Assembly: GCA_942492855.1 (NCBI GenBank)
Contig: OW818647.1
Location: 2,486,264 to 2,550,263 of the forward strand
Length of the DNA: 64,000 bases
Origin: Armatimonadota bacterium
GTDB taxonomy: Bacteria > Armatimonadota > HRBIN16
Reading direction: 5' to 3'
In this document: positions 46,780 through 56,455 of the stretch, piece after piece
How the letters are laid out: each line of letters begins with the position of its first letter
Numbering within the stretch: position 1 is the stretch's first letter
The notes under the pieces: generated by a model
The model's input: only the letters and a program-made list of their open reading frames with translations
Databases searched by the model: none
What the model was told of the DNA's origin: nothing
Position numbers and translations under genes: made by a program

Positions 46780-48834
46780 CTATTCTACCTCGATGGTCAC
46801 GCCTTCGGGCTTGTTGGCGAAGTGCAGCGTGAGGGTGCGTGTGGCCTCATCATACACCCACTCGGCCCCGCTGACCCGTGATGGCCGCTTAGGCACACGC
46901 AGCATGGCGGTACCCACGGATTCGACAGGCCCCTCCACTCTGAGCTTCATCTTACCGCCGGTGAACTCCACGCCCTCGCACTTCCCGGCGCAGGCGATCA
47001 GTCCCGGCGACTTACTCGCCGCATTGAGGTCGACCAACAGCTTACGGTCGCCTGGCTTCAGCGTGATGCCGTCCAGTATGGGCAGTCGGGCGTCGAACAG
47101 GTCCACAAACCGGCCTTTTAGCTGCAGGGAAGCGGGGCGGTCGACGTCGTCCAGAGCCGCGGCCACCACATACGGACCTCGTCGCAGCACGAAGGCTGGT
47201 TGTGCTGACCACTTGCGACGCATGAGGGAGAAGCCCTTCTGTGCCAACGCAATCAGCTCAGCTGCCCCCTTTGGGTTCGCTGCCAGTGCCGTGGGATTCT
47301 TGCGGCTGATGATCACATGCCCTTTACCTATAATCTTGGTGGTTTCTCCACATCCGGCCGGCAGTCCAAGAAGTTCCAGCAGGTGGTCCATCGGGGTCGC
47401 ATAGCTGTGTCCGTCGGTGTTCCACCACTCACGCACCTTGTTGGCGGGGTCGTTGCCGGCATCTACTATCAGCAGCGTGCCTCCAGCTTTCACCCACTCT
47501 ACCACAGGTGCGTGCAACTCGGCGGCCGGGGGTTTCTGACCTTCGTAGCTCAGGCAGAGCAGTTTGAAGGGCTTCAGATAGTCCTTCAGCAGCACATTTT
47601 CCAACTGCACCGGCTGCGCGGCCACTCCCGCTTTGATGAACGGGATCGCCTGACCAAAGAAGCAGCTTAGGTGCGGGTCGCCGGTGAAGGGCTCGAATCG
47701 CTGGAACATGAGTGTGTCGCTGACCAGCACACCGACTCCCTGCATGCCACTTTCCCATTTGACCTTGGGCTGCTTCATGTATCCCAGCGCATGGAACACG
47801 GTGAGCAGCTCGGTTTCGTAGTCTTTGGAGATGCCGATGTTTTCCGGTTGTCCCGCCTTGGCCGGGTATTGGAAGGTGAACGGCCGCTCTGGCCAAGGGC
47901 AGACCTCATAATGGAATACTTCAGGCCATAATAGCGAGGCGACCAGCGTGTTTTCCCAGTTCATCTTGAAGTCCGCCCAATCGCGGGCCTGGTCCTCCAC
48001 TGGGTCGTTCAGGTAGATCATCCGGCGGCCAGTGCCCTTCACCAGGTTACTCAGCACCCCATACTCCAGGAATGCGGTTTCGAATGTTCGCTCTTTCAGC
48101 ACACCGCGGTAGAGGTTGGGGGTGCGGGCGGTGCCGGTCCACACTTGGCCGATGTAGCCATCGCAGCCTTCCAGTTGGGCCAGGCTGTGCTCAGGGCTGA
48201 CGATGCCCCACTGCGCATAGTTGATCATGCTGTGTGTGGGCACAAAGCAGCGCACATTCATGCCTTTGGTTTTGCCGTATTTCTGTGCTTCGCTGAACAC
48301 CTGCTGCAATGCACGGCGATACAGGAAGTATTTGAGCTTGCTGGCGCGATACTGAGCTTCTGCGCTGCTGTACGGGGCCTGCCATGGCTCGTTGTAATAA
48401 CTCTGCCACTCGCGTTTGAAGCTCTCGCTGTAACCTGCACGCACCCAGAATTCCGGCTCTTCCAGGAATATGGTGTCGATGCCCTGGTCGATCGCGCGCT
48501 TCACACCATCCGCCAGATAGAGGCCATAAGTGATCGAAGGGGCCATATACGGCACATCGACGCCATGCCCGATGATCTCCCCGTTGCGCTCCTTCTGCGC
48601 TTCATCCCAATGGTTCTTGCCGTCCCACTGGCCATACAGGTAGTCCTTATACTCTCCCCAGGCCACGCCGGTCATCAGTTGGATGGTGTATCCGGCTTTG
48701 CGCCATGTCTCCACTTTCTTTGGCAGGTCGTTGTTGATGCCATACACCATCGCGACGTCTGCCGGGATGTGCATGCGAGGGTTGTAGTTGGACCCCGTCT
48801 GGAAGCTTGTGAATTCGCGTTTCTTATCTGCCAT
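46780..48834 (-). CDS. Hypothetical protein (possible glycosidase-like enzyme), 684 aa
   Basis: A long ORF with strong coding periodicity. Soluble, rich in Trp/Tyr/acidic residues. No recognisable family motif. Confidence 0.3.
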   Translation of the reverse strand: MADKKREFTSFQTGSNYNPRMHIPADVAMVYGINNDLPKKVETWRKAGYTIQLMTGVAWGEYKDYLYGQWDGKNHWDEAQKERNGEIIGHGVDVPYMAPSITYGLYLADGVKRAIDQGIDTIFLEEPEFWVRAGYSESFKREWQSYYNEPWQAPYSSAEAQYRASKLKYFLYRRALQQVFSEAQKYGKTKGMNVRCFVPTHSMINYAQWGIVSPEHSLAQLEGCDGYIGQVWTGTARTPNLYRGVLKERTFETAFLEYGVLSNLVKGTGRRMIYLNDPVEDQARDWADFKMNWENTLVASLLWPEVFHYEVCPWPERPFTFQYPAKAGQPENIGISKDYETELLTVFHALGYMKQPKVKWESGMQGVGVLVSDTLMFQRFEPFTGDPHLSCFFGQAIPFIKAGVAAQPVQLENVLLKDYLKPFKLLCLSYEGQKPPAAELHAPVVEWVKAGGTLLIVDAGNDPANKVREWWNTDGHSYATPMDHLLELLGLPAGCGETTKIIGKGHVIISRKNPTALAANPKGAAELIALAQKGFSLMRRKWSAQPAFVLRRGPYVVAAALDDVDRPASLQLKGRFVDLFDARLPILDGITLKPGDRKLLVDLNAASKSPGLIACAGKCEGVEFTGGKMKLRVEGPVESVGTAMLRVPKRPSRVSGAEWVYDEATRTLTLHFANKPEGVTIEVE

Positions 48835-48848
48835 GAGTGGCTCCTGTA

Positions 48849-50186
48849 TTAGTCATTGTCGCGGATGATGGCTTTATCGCCGATCTGGTTCTTCACGATC
48901 AGCTTCTTTTCGGCGGTGTTGGCCAGGATTTTGGCTGACACCACGCCGCGGGTGAGTGTGACGGCGGTGACATCCCGGTTGAACATGCTGTTGATGACCG
49001 TCAGTTTACCGGCCTCACACAGGATAGCCGATTGGTCCTTGCCTGTCCGGCCCCAGTCGCGCATGCAGCACTGGCTGAAGCTGACACTGCCCTTACCTTG
49101 CAGATAGGCGATATGCTGCGCGCTGCCCCAGAAGGTGCAGTTATTGAACTGAATGTAGTTGGAGCTCTTCTTTGTAGTGACGATCTGTGCGATTTCATGC
49201 TCGCTGACGGGGGCAAAGTCACCCTTGGCGGTTTCGTTGAACGCAGGATGCGCCACAAACTGACCGTTGGTGATGATGATGCCGTAGTTGTTTACGCTAT
49301 CCGCCACGATGCACTGGATGGTGCCATCGACCCCGCAGCCGCTCATCTGGCCGTTGTAGCTGCCGGCTTTTGTCTGCACAAAATGAAAGCCGATTTTAGC
49401 TCCATATACAAAACAGTTTGTGAAGTAGCCCCAGTCGTTGCGCCCCACAATGAACGCCTCCAGATTGCGCCGCATCACATTCGCCACCGCCTGGTCGACG
49501 TTGGGCAACGCGTCGATGGGGCGGTTATCCATGTCGCTGCGAGGCCAGTAGTGGGGGTTGAAATGCACATTTTCCACACGGCTGATGTCGTAGCAGTTGT
49601 CGATGAAGAAACCTCGCCGCAGCACACATCCGTAGATATTGCGCACCACGCAGAGGGAGCTGTCGCTGATACTTCCCAGCGCGATGCCGTTCCAGGCGTT
49701 GACCATGGTGATGTTCTCGATCTGGCAGTGCATCCCTTCGGCCTGGATCGCCCAGGGGTAGGGCACGGGGTTGGGCCAGCTCTGCTCCGGCCAGGCGAGA
49801 GTGAGGCCCATCAGTCCAGTGCTGGTGTTCATGCTGATTGCTGCCGGGGCGTCTTCTTTACCGCGACCACCCGTCAGCATCAGGCAGGTGCCGACTTTGG
49901 TCAGACCGTGGTGTGTGCTTTCCCATACGCCTTTCAGCGTCACCCCTGTGGGGATGTTGAGTGAACCGGCGATGCGGAACTGGCCTGCGGGCAACGCAAG
50001 GCTTCCGCCTGTTTTAGCGGCCTGCTCCAGCATGGTCTGTATGGTAGCCGTGGCATCTGACTTGCCATCCGCCAGCGATGCCAGATCGGGCTCGATGGTG
50101 GTGCCGTTGATGCGTGCCGGTGCAGCTATGACCCCCAAGGGCAGCAATAGCAGCGTGAGCAGCAGATACCGAAAAGTAATGTTCAT
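48849..50186 (-). CDS. Secreted right-handed beta-helix protein (pectate-lyase-superfamily fold; putative polysaccharide hydrolase/lyase)
   Basis: Signal peptide MNITFRYLLLTLLLLPLGVIA. DATATIQTMLEQAAKTGGSLALPAGQFRIAGSLNIPTGVTLKG matches the Pectate_lyase_3-type N-terminal motif found in GH55/GH28-like and tailspike-like proteins. Confidence 0.5.
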   Translation of the reverse strand: MNITFRYLLLTLLLLPLGVIAAPARINGTTIEPDLASLADGKSDATATIQTMLEQAAKTGGSLALPAGQFRIAGSLNIPTGVTLKGVWESTHHGLTKVGTCLMLTGGRGKEDAPAAISMNTSTGLMGLTLAWPEQSWPNPVPYPWAIQAEGMHCQIENITMVNAWNGIALGSISDSSLCVVRNIYGCVLRRGFFIDNCYDISRVENVHFNPHYWPRSDMDNRPIDALPNVDQAVANVMRRNLEAFIVGRNDWGYFTNCFVYGAKIGFHFVQTKAGSYNGQMSGCGVDGTIQCIVADSVNNYGIIITNGQFVAHPAFNETAKGDFAPVSEHEIAQIVTTKKSSNYIQFNNCTFWGSAQHIAYLQGKGSVSFSQCCMRDWGRTGKDQSAILCEAGKLTVINSMFNRDVTAVTLTRGVVSAKILANTAEKKLIVKNQIGDKAIIRDND

Positions 50187-50289
50187 GGCGTCAGCTCCGT
50201 GTGTGATTTGAATTACTATTCGCTAAGGCCAGCGGCATTCCCTGCGTGGCGTTCGTAACCCTGCCCCGGCTAGTTCGTGGCTCATTACA

Positions 50290-51081
50290 TTATGTTACCG
50301 TGCGATACATGCAGCCTTGCTGGATGAAGTGTGTGGTGACCTCAGGAAACTGCTCCGACAGATAGCGTGCCAGGCTCTTCATGCCCGGCTCTTCGGCGGT
50401 GCAGTGGTTGACTATCACCAGGGGTATGCCGCGGTCAAGACACCAGGCGCCATCAGCCCAGTAGTTCATGCCATCGTCAGTGCCGATGATGGAGTCAGCA
50501 CCCAGGCTGGTCATGGTTTCGTAGTGTGTGATCGCCCCGCAGCCAATGGCCACGCGGTTGACGGGTGAATCGGGTTCACCCACCATCTGCACCGCGTTCT
50601 GGCCGATTTCGCGGGTGTGGTCGGCCACATGTTTCGCGAGCTCTCCCAGGGTGGAGACGGGCGACTGGTAGACCGAATGATAGCGGTCAGAGTTCAGCTT
50701 CTCAGATAACCCAAGCTGTTCTCCCCAGCGGTCGACTATCCCAACCTCCGGCATCTGGTCCCACACGTCATGGCATCGGAAAATCACCAGCCGGTTTTGC
50801 TCGATATATAGCCCCTTATCTTTGCAGTGAGGTTGGGCAAACAGCCGTTCGTCATCATCCATGTGGTTGTAGAAAACCGGCTCGTGGGTCACCAGCAGGT
50901 TGCAACCCATCTCAACGGCTTGTTCCAGTGCTGAGCTTCGTGCCTGCCATGCCACCGCGATGCCCCGCACCTCCGACTCTGGGTCGCCAGCGATAAAGCG
51001 ATCGCAGGTCTTCTCCCAGTTTACCCAGGTTCCGATGTTTTGCATGTGATTTTTGATGTCTATAGCCTTCATTGTGATCAC
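50290..51081 (-). CDS. Nif3-like dinuclear metal-centre protein (YqfO/YbgI family)
   Basis: GIAVAWQARSSALEQAVEMGCNLLVTHEPVFYN matches the NIF3 N-terminal motif (A.D......A...GADLLITHHP.FF). ~260 aa. Confidence 0.55.
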   Translation of the reverse strand: MITMKAIDIKNHMQNIGTWVNWEKTCDRFIAGDPESEVRGIAVAWQARSSALEQAVEMGCNLLVTHEPVFYNHMDDDERLFAQPHCKDKGLYIEQNRLVIFRCHDVWDQMPEVGIVDRWGEQLGLSEKLNSDRYHSVYQSPVSTLGELAKHVADHTREIGQNAVQMVGEPDSPVNRVAIGCGAITHYETMTSLGADSIIGTDDGMNYWADGAWCLDRGIPLVIVNHCTAEEPGMKSLARYLSEQFPEVTTHFIQQGCMYRTVT

Positions 51082-51217
51082 CTCCGGTGCTCAAAGTGTA
51101 CCACAGACGGTTTGTGGCAGTGTGCATATGGCGTGCGATTGACAGTCAGACTACACGATGTGATAATGCTGGTAACCAGCCGCATAGATACTCGGCAGGA
51201 GCAGGTGAGGGAGCGAC

Positions 51218-53239
51218 ATGATGCGAAGAGTGTGGAGGGTTGTGGTATCAATCCTCGTGGTTCTATTGTGGCATTATGCGGCAGGTTTGGCTTGCCAGGC
51301 AGACGAGACGGGCAACCATGGCCCGGTGCTGTGGAGTGACCTTCCGCCTGCTGGGTGCCCGTTCCCAAAATCGACGACATATAAGGCCGTCTCCTTCCCT
51401 GGTCGATGGGCCAGCTACACTAATGCCGACACCTGGTACCTCTCATGGGCATCCGATGGAAACTGCTATTCGCCGTGGACAGACGGCAGCATTAACGGAT
51501 TTGAATGCACTTCGTTTGCAGCTCCGGCGGCGACAGGACAGGCTAAGGTGGCCGGATCAGACCCCATGAAGCTCACGATAACCAATCTGGGACGCATGAC
51601 AGCCTCACAAAGCCCACACGGTGGACGTTACCCTTGCGGTAGCCTGGTTCATGACGGGGTGTGGTATTACGGCAGCTACACCTTGGACAACGGGGTGGCC
51701 CCTGGTGCACAAGGTAACTGGAACCTGTTTGGTCCGTTTGTCGGCTTTCGGTATTCCACCGATTGGGATCACCTCACGACAAGCTGGGCAGACGGTTATT
51801 GGACGCAAGGCCCGCTCATGGATGATGCCTCGCAGCCATTGCTTGAGGCGAAAAGGCCAGTGCGGATTGGATCACCACACTTCGTCGATTTTGGCCAGAA
51901 CATGAAGCACTCCCCGGACGGCAAAGGGTATCTCGTGAGCCACGGTGCAGAAACGGCCGATGCGGTGCACAACTGGATTGAGGGTGACAGCATCTACCTG
52001 ACCCGTGTCAAACCATCCATAACGACTATTAACGACAAAACGGCCTACGAGTATTATGCAGGTTCCGACAGCAAGGGTGAGCCAAAGTGGTCAGGCAACT
52101 ACAGTGATATCAAGCCGATTCTGAGCTGGCCTGGTCACCTGGGCTGTGTGACCATCACCTATAATGCGCCTCATAAGCGGTACCTGATGTGCATCACCAA
52201 AGGTAAATCGGGTCAGAACTACGACACGATGATTCTAGAATCCAAAAAGCTCACTGGGCCGTGGAGCCTTGTCCATTACCTGCAAAACTTCGGTCCGCAG
52301 GCTTACTTTGTCAATATCCCATCCAAGTTCATCAGCAAGGATGGAAAGTCGATGTGGTTATGCTATTCCGCTAATTTCGAGCGGTCCGGCGGTAGCTCCG
52401 CGGGTTACCCCATAGGCTCCAGCTACGCACTGTGTCTTCAGGAAATGCGGCTCTACGGCAGCAAGGAGCCATTACCTCAGCGCAAAGGCACGATCGAAGC
52501 GGAGAGCTTCGCCCTAAGCGGGTCAGCCAGCGTGATCAGTGACAAGCTGGCATCTGGAGGAAGTGCGGTATCGGGTCTGGGCCCACAAGGCTCAGCATTG
52601 GAGCTTGCGATCGTAGCGCGGGCATCTCAGTTACATATCCGGTATTCCGCCAGCCGTCAAAGCATGATGGCTCTGTATATCAATGGAATTCGCAAACAGC
52701 AGATAGGTTTCGAAGCCACTGGCGGGGCTACGGGGTGTTACACCGTAAAGAGTATCGATGTGTACATCCCCGCCGGCGCGGCTCTACGGCTGCAATGCGA
52801 TGCAGATGGCGGCGATATGTCGGTTGACACCATCAGCATAGGCAGCAGGCGGCTTATCAATGGCAAAATAGAGGCGGAAGCTGGCGCGAAACTCAATGGA
52901 GCAGCCGACTACACTGATCCCGCTGCTTCTGGCGGCCAGATCGTGGCCTACCTCAATATAGTGGGCTCTTCCCTGGAGTTTGCCAACGTGATGGCCGCCA
53001 ACAGGGTGACCATCCGGTATGCCACTATCAACAACGGCACCTGTAGCCTGTATATTAATGGGCGGCATGTCCGCGACATCAACATCAGCTCAACCGGTGC
53101 ATGGACGGGCCAATATATGGATGTGTCGGTGGATGAAGACATACCAAAAGGCTCCGCCATCCGAGTGCAGTGCGACATCGGGGATGTGGGCATCAATGTG
53201 GATTATATCCGCCTGGAGATGCTCAAGGGGCCGCGATGA
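51218..53239 (+). CDS. Secreted protein with N-terminal BNR/Asp-box-like beta-propeller-type domain and two C-terminal CBM6/CBM35-like modules
   Basis: Signal peptide. Asp-box-like segments (SWASDGNCYSPW, YSTDWDHLTTSW). Two ~120-aa repeats beginning GTIEAESFALSG... and NGKIEAEAGAKLNG..., with the EAE...YxxG pattern of CBM6/35. Confidence 0.45.
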   Translation: MMRRVWRVVVSILVVLLWHYAAGLACQADETGNHGPVLWSDLPPAGCPFPKSTTYKAVSFPGRWASYTNADTWYLSWASDGNCYSPWTDGSINGFECTSFAAPAATGQAKVAGSDPMKLTITNLGRMTASQSPHGGRYPCGSLVHDGVWYYGSYTLDNGVAPGAQGNWNLFGPFVGFRYSTDWDHLTTSWADGYWTQGPLMDDASQPLLEAKRPVRIGSPHFVDFGQNMKHSPDGKGYLVSHGAETADAVHNWIEGDSIYLTRVKPSITTINDKTAYEYYAGSDSKGEPKWSGNYSDIKPILSWPGHLGCVTITYNAPHKRYLMCITKGKSGQNYDTMILESKKLTGPWSLVHYLQNFGPQAYFVNIPSKFISKDGKSMWLCYSANFERSGGSSAGYPIGSSYALCLQEMRLYGSKEPLPQRKGTIEAESFALSGSASVISDKLASGGSAVSGLGPQGSALELAIVARASQLHIRYSASRQSMMALYINGIRKQQIGFEATGGATGCYTVKSIDVYIPAGAALRLQCDADGGDMSVDTISIGSRRLINGKIEAEAGAKLNGAADYTDPAASGGQIVAYLNIVGSSLEFANVMAANRVTIRYATINNGTCSLYINGRHVRDINISSTGAWTGQYMDVSVDEDIPKGSAIRVQCDIGDVGINVDYIRLEMLKGPR

Positions 53240-53649
53240 GGGGGGAATGTGGTTGGACGTCGTGGTGCGGGTTTGTCATGCCGTGAATTCGTGGATGGCC
53301 CTTGTGGCCATCCGTAACCCAATGGCGCGGGTCAAAACGGCATCACGGAAAGCCAGTCGGTGGCGCGTTACGGGGTGGGTGGCCATCTTGCCGCGGGTTT
53401 AGTCACCCACACGACTACGTTCCGGGAGCTGACGCTCCGGGAACTGCGTCCAGTGCGGGTTCCTGCACCGCGCGGCTGATCATTAGCGGCCGGCGTCGCT
53501 TCGCTCCGGCCGGCGCAGGACAGGGTGCCCGTCCCCAACGCCCGCCGGAACGCGGGCCGGTATTGATCAGCGATGGGTGACAGCGCCCGTACCGGGACGA
53601 AGTCACGGACGGGCCGCCGAACCCATCGGCGTTGGGGTGGTGGATATTA

Positions 53650-53735
53650 CGGCCATCAGGCAGCAGTGCGACACCGGGGACGTGGGCATCAATGTGGATT
53701 ACATCTGCTTGGAGATGGTCAAGTGGCCTCGGTGA
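53650..53735 (+). pseudogene. Orphan 3'-end fragment duplicated from the gene at 51218..53239 (encodes ...QQCDTGDVGINVDYICLEMVKWPR*)
   Basis: 53664..53801 is ~90% identical to 53166..53305, i.e. the last ~70 nt of the CBM-protein CDS plus ~70 nt downstream, including the GGATGGCCCTTGTGGCCATCC palindrome. There is no upstream ORF continuity. Confidence 0.5.
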
Positions 53736-53890
53736 GGGGGGTGGATGTGGTGCGGGTTTGTCATGCCGTGAATTCGTAGGGATGGCCCTTGTGGCCATCC
53801 GCACACGCACGATGACACCAACCATCCTATATATATGTTTAAGTTATGGTCATTGGCAACGATGTTTTACGTCCTAATTACAGATGGTGT

Positions 53891-53984
53891 GACCCACTTC
53901 GGGGTAGGAATGATGCATCGTCAACCACGGGTTGCGCTAACGATTACCCGTGGCTATAAGAATCATACCCACTCCGTGGGTGCC
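53891..53984. mobile_element. Partial MITE family 2 copy (right half only)
   Basis: CACGGGTTGCGCTAACGATTACCCGTGGCTATAAGAATCATACCCACTCCGTGGGTGCC matches the right arm of the 26982 and 40766 copies. Confidence 0.45.
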
Positions 53985-54393
53985 CGGACAACTGGTTGTG
54001 TAAACCTGCCAGGACATCCACATTTCGATAGACATCGTCGGTTTTGTGCCGCGACATCAATGTCTCGGCTATTACCCACATCTCCCCGCCGCGCCCTGAA
54101 GGACGGCGGCTTATTAACCGGTAAGCCGGCTGGAAGCCGGCTGCAGGCACGAAATCTGGTTTGAGAACGTGTAGAAACGGTGAGGTATGGTGTCTTTGCA
54201 CTTGGTGTCTCGGTATTTCAGACGTCTTCAGACGGCTTTTCGGATAAGAAGCCGCCGTCCATCAGGGCGCGGCGGAGTGGCAAACACCATCATATAACGA
54301 TAAAACACCACGTTCCGACATGTGGGTAATAGACTGACATCAATGTCTCGGCTATTGATAAAAAAGACTGCTGAAGCAGTCTCTGAACTTTGG

Positions 54394-55851
54394 CTATTTC
54401 ATCGCATACAGCCACGCAGGATATTGGTGAATTTCGGAGTTTTGACGGCTTCGTGTTTTGGAATTTGACATAGGATGTATCGACGCTTGTAGCCTTGACA
54501 CGACATCCCCATAGTCACGCTCATTCGGCGAGTCAATTACCTCTTGCCTCATAAACATAGCCAATCGATTAGTCGATAACCTGCCATCAATCGTTCGACG
54601 CTGCCACTTAGGCCTGGGCAGCTCCTCATCCTTCACACCAGAAATTATCGCAGCGAGATGCATTAAACTATATACCCATACCAGAAACGGAATGACATTG
54701 CAGACTGAGTTCTCACACCATACCTGCGGATCACCGATACCAAAGTAGCTTTTCTCCTCACGAAACGCCACCTCCTGCTCCCACCTCCAGATATATAACT
54801 GCACAACCTGTTCAATTGGCATATCTGGATCAGAACACAGGACGTAAGCCGGGTTTCGATATAGTATCCTTCCGTGCTTCCAGAGTCTATATGGTGTTGG
54901 TGCAACCACGATCAGTCTGAAATCTTGAGCTCCTACCCCTCTCCATCTCACTCGGTCGACGGTCTTGATCCTCACAACGTGGAATTTGCCAGACGAGTAA
55001 ACGCATATGTGTTCCCATTCATATGAATCGTCCTGTCGTATCAGGTCAGGCTTGGGTACAGGGTCTCCATATACACGTCGCTTTCCAGTTTTTGGCTGCT
55101 TGTCTGGCAGTTTCGTCAACTTGGCATCACGACGTAACCGTCCAATGATCGTGGTGTTCTCCGGGATTTTAGTCAACATGGTCTTGTTCATGTAACCTCC
55201 ATCTACCGTTAACACAAGCCGCCTGTGCCTTGAGTTTGGGTCCTCATCCATTCTTTCGCGTAGCTCCTTCATGGCGTCAGCCCCCACCTTGGTAACCCGG
55301 CAGGCCTTCTGGTCCGTCTTGTATTGGCTGCGCTGCTCGTCAGTCGCTTTCGGACCTGGCTTCTTGGGAGTAGGTGCGTGCAGCATGTTAATAGGGATAG
55401 CAGTGGCCCGGCTATGATATCCGTTGAAGGGGACAAGAGCTGATAACTGAACACAACGCTGACCATGTATGAAGTTCGGGCGGTATTTTGGCCCTTGAGG
55501 GTCTCTACGTAAGGAGACGCCATGCCCCTTTGTCCCTTTGCGCGGGATTATCGTATCATCCATCGCGACAACAAACGGCATGTTCTCTGGAGTGAGGCTG
55601 ATCGCTTGCTGTAAAACGGTGTCCCAGCACTGGGACACCGAGATACGGTTTTGTTCAAAGATGCGGTAATACGCTGACCAGTCTTTGTCAGCCTGACCAG
55701 CTGTCTGGATGATCCCTGTGATTGTGTGTCTTCCGACGGTTGCCGTGGCCGCCAGAGCGATCTGCTGGGACTTTTCATAGGTTCGCTGTTGGTTAAACGC
55801 ATCGCGTGCCAGTTCATAGAGAAGCATAAATGCAGGCAATACTTTGCTCAT
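54394..55851 (-). CDS. IS4-family DDE transposase
   Basis: 485 aa with the C-terminal YREK signature block LYIWRWEQEVAFREEK (Y-x2-R-x3-E-x6-K), typical of IS4/IS701/ISH3-type transposases. Confidence 0.8.
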   Translation of the reverse strand: MSKVLPAFMLLYELARDAFNQQRTYEKSQQIALAATATVGRHTITGIIQTAGQADKDWSAYYRIFEQNRISVSQCWDTVLQQAISLTPENMPFVVAMDDTIIPRKGTKGHGVSLRRDPQGPKYRPNFIHGQRCVQLSALVPFNGYHSRATAIPINMLHAPTPKKPGPKATDEQRSQYKTDQKACRVTKVGADAMKELRERMDEDPNSRHRRLVLTVDGGYMNKTMLTKIPENTTIIGRLRRDAKLTKLPDKQPKTGKRRVYGDPVPKPDLIRQDDSYEWEHICVYSSGKFHVVRIKTVDRVRWRGVGAQDFRLIVVAPTPYRLWKHGRILYRNPAYVLCSDPDMPIEQVVQLYIWRWEQEVAFREEKSYFGIGDPQVWCENSVCNVIPFLVWVYSLMHLAAIISGVKDEELPRPKWQRRTIDGRLSTNRLAMFMRQEVIDSPNERDYGDVVSRLQASIHPMSNSKTRSRQNSEIHQYPAWLYAMK

Positions 55852-56039
55852 CGCTCTTCATCCTCCGAAATGACAGCATTCGACCTGACCATCATCATGA
55901 TGTTTTTGTCAATGATCACCCACTCCACGACTTCACCCTTTTGTAGCTCGATGGCATCAGCGACTGTGGCGGGGAAGTTGACATACCATTGGTGACGGCC
56001 TTTGTAGTTGATGTGCTGCACTCTCGTTTTGGCTCCCAT
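55848..56039 (-). CDS. Small AbrB/MazE-like (swapped-hairpin) DNA-binding protein inside the IS, co-oriented and overlapping the transposase start by 4 bp
   Basis: A 63-aa ORF. INYKGRHQWYVNFPATVADAIELQKGEVVEWVIID resembles the MazE/AbrB pattern K.G.s..v.iP......l.l..Gd.v.......i. The ATGA overlap with the transposase start suggests translational coupling. Confidence 0.3.
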   Translation of the reverse strand: MGAKTRVQHINYKGRHQWYVNFPATVADAIELQKGEVVEWVIIDKNIMMMVRSNAVISEDEER

Positions 56040-56455
56040 ATGGTTCCCTCCAATCTAGTTATCACTTATGAAATATCATACATTACAATAGATAATCAAT
56101 AGCTTTATGGATAATATTCTGACGTTTGTGTGATATTTCAAAGATATGCTGTTACTAATAGAAATAACAGCTGGCGCGCTGGGCATACATCATGGGGTCG
56201 GTGTGTTTTCGAGTGGAGTGAAACGGTAGACTACAAGGTCGCTAGTGTGGAAACATTCAAAAGGCCAAAGCTCAGAGACTGCTGAAGCAGTCTGCGGAGT
56301 CGTTCACACCACCAGCACGAATTGCTAGAGGCCGTTTTAACGGTCTTGATGATCAATAGCCGAGACATTGATGTCGCGGCATCGGTGGCACGCAGGAATA
56401 CGATTAATGCGCCTGCCCTCACCGGCGCGGGGAACCCGCGCCGGTGGTGGTGTGG

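Larger units (their letters stand above)
54334..56381. mobile_element. IS4-superfamily insertion sequence (~2.05 kb) with ~26-bp TIRs (CCGCGACATCAATGTCTCGGCTATTGAT) and subterminal GACTGCTGAAGCAGTCT palindromes; parent of MITE family 1
   Basis: Left end GACATCAATGTCTCGGCTATTGAT (54336..54359) is the inverse complement of right end ATCAATAGCCGAGACATTGATGTCGCGG (56352..56379). It carries the transposase at 54394..55851. Its flanks contain further MITE fragments, including an extra IS-TIR copy at 54040..54066. Confidence 0.65.

Noticed and set aside
49032-49964. 310-aa + strand ORF
   Set aside because: Antisense to the beta-helix protein gene, which has a signal peptide and a pectate-lyase-fold motif.
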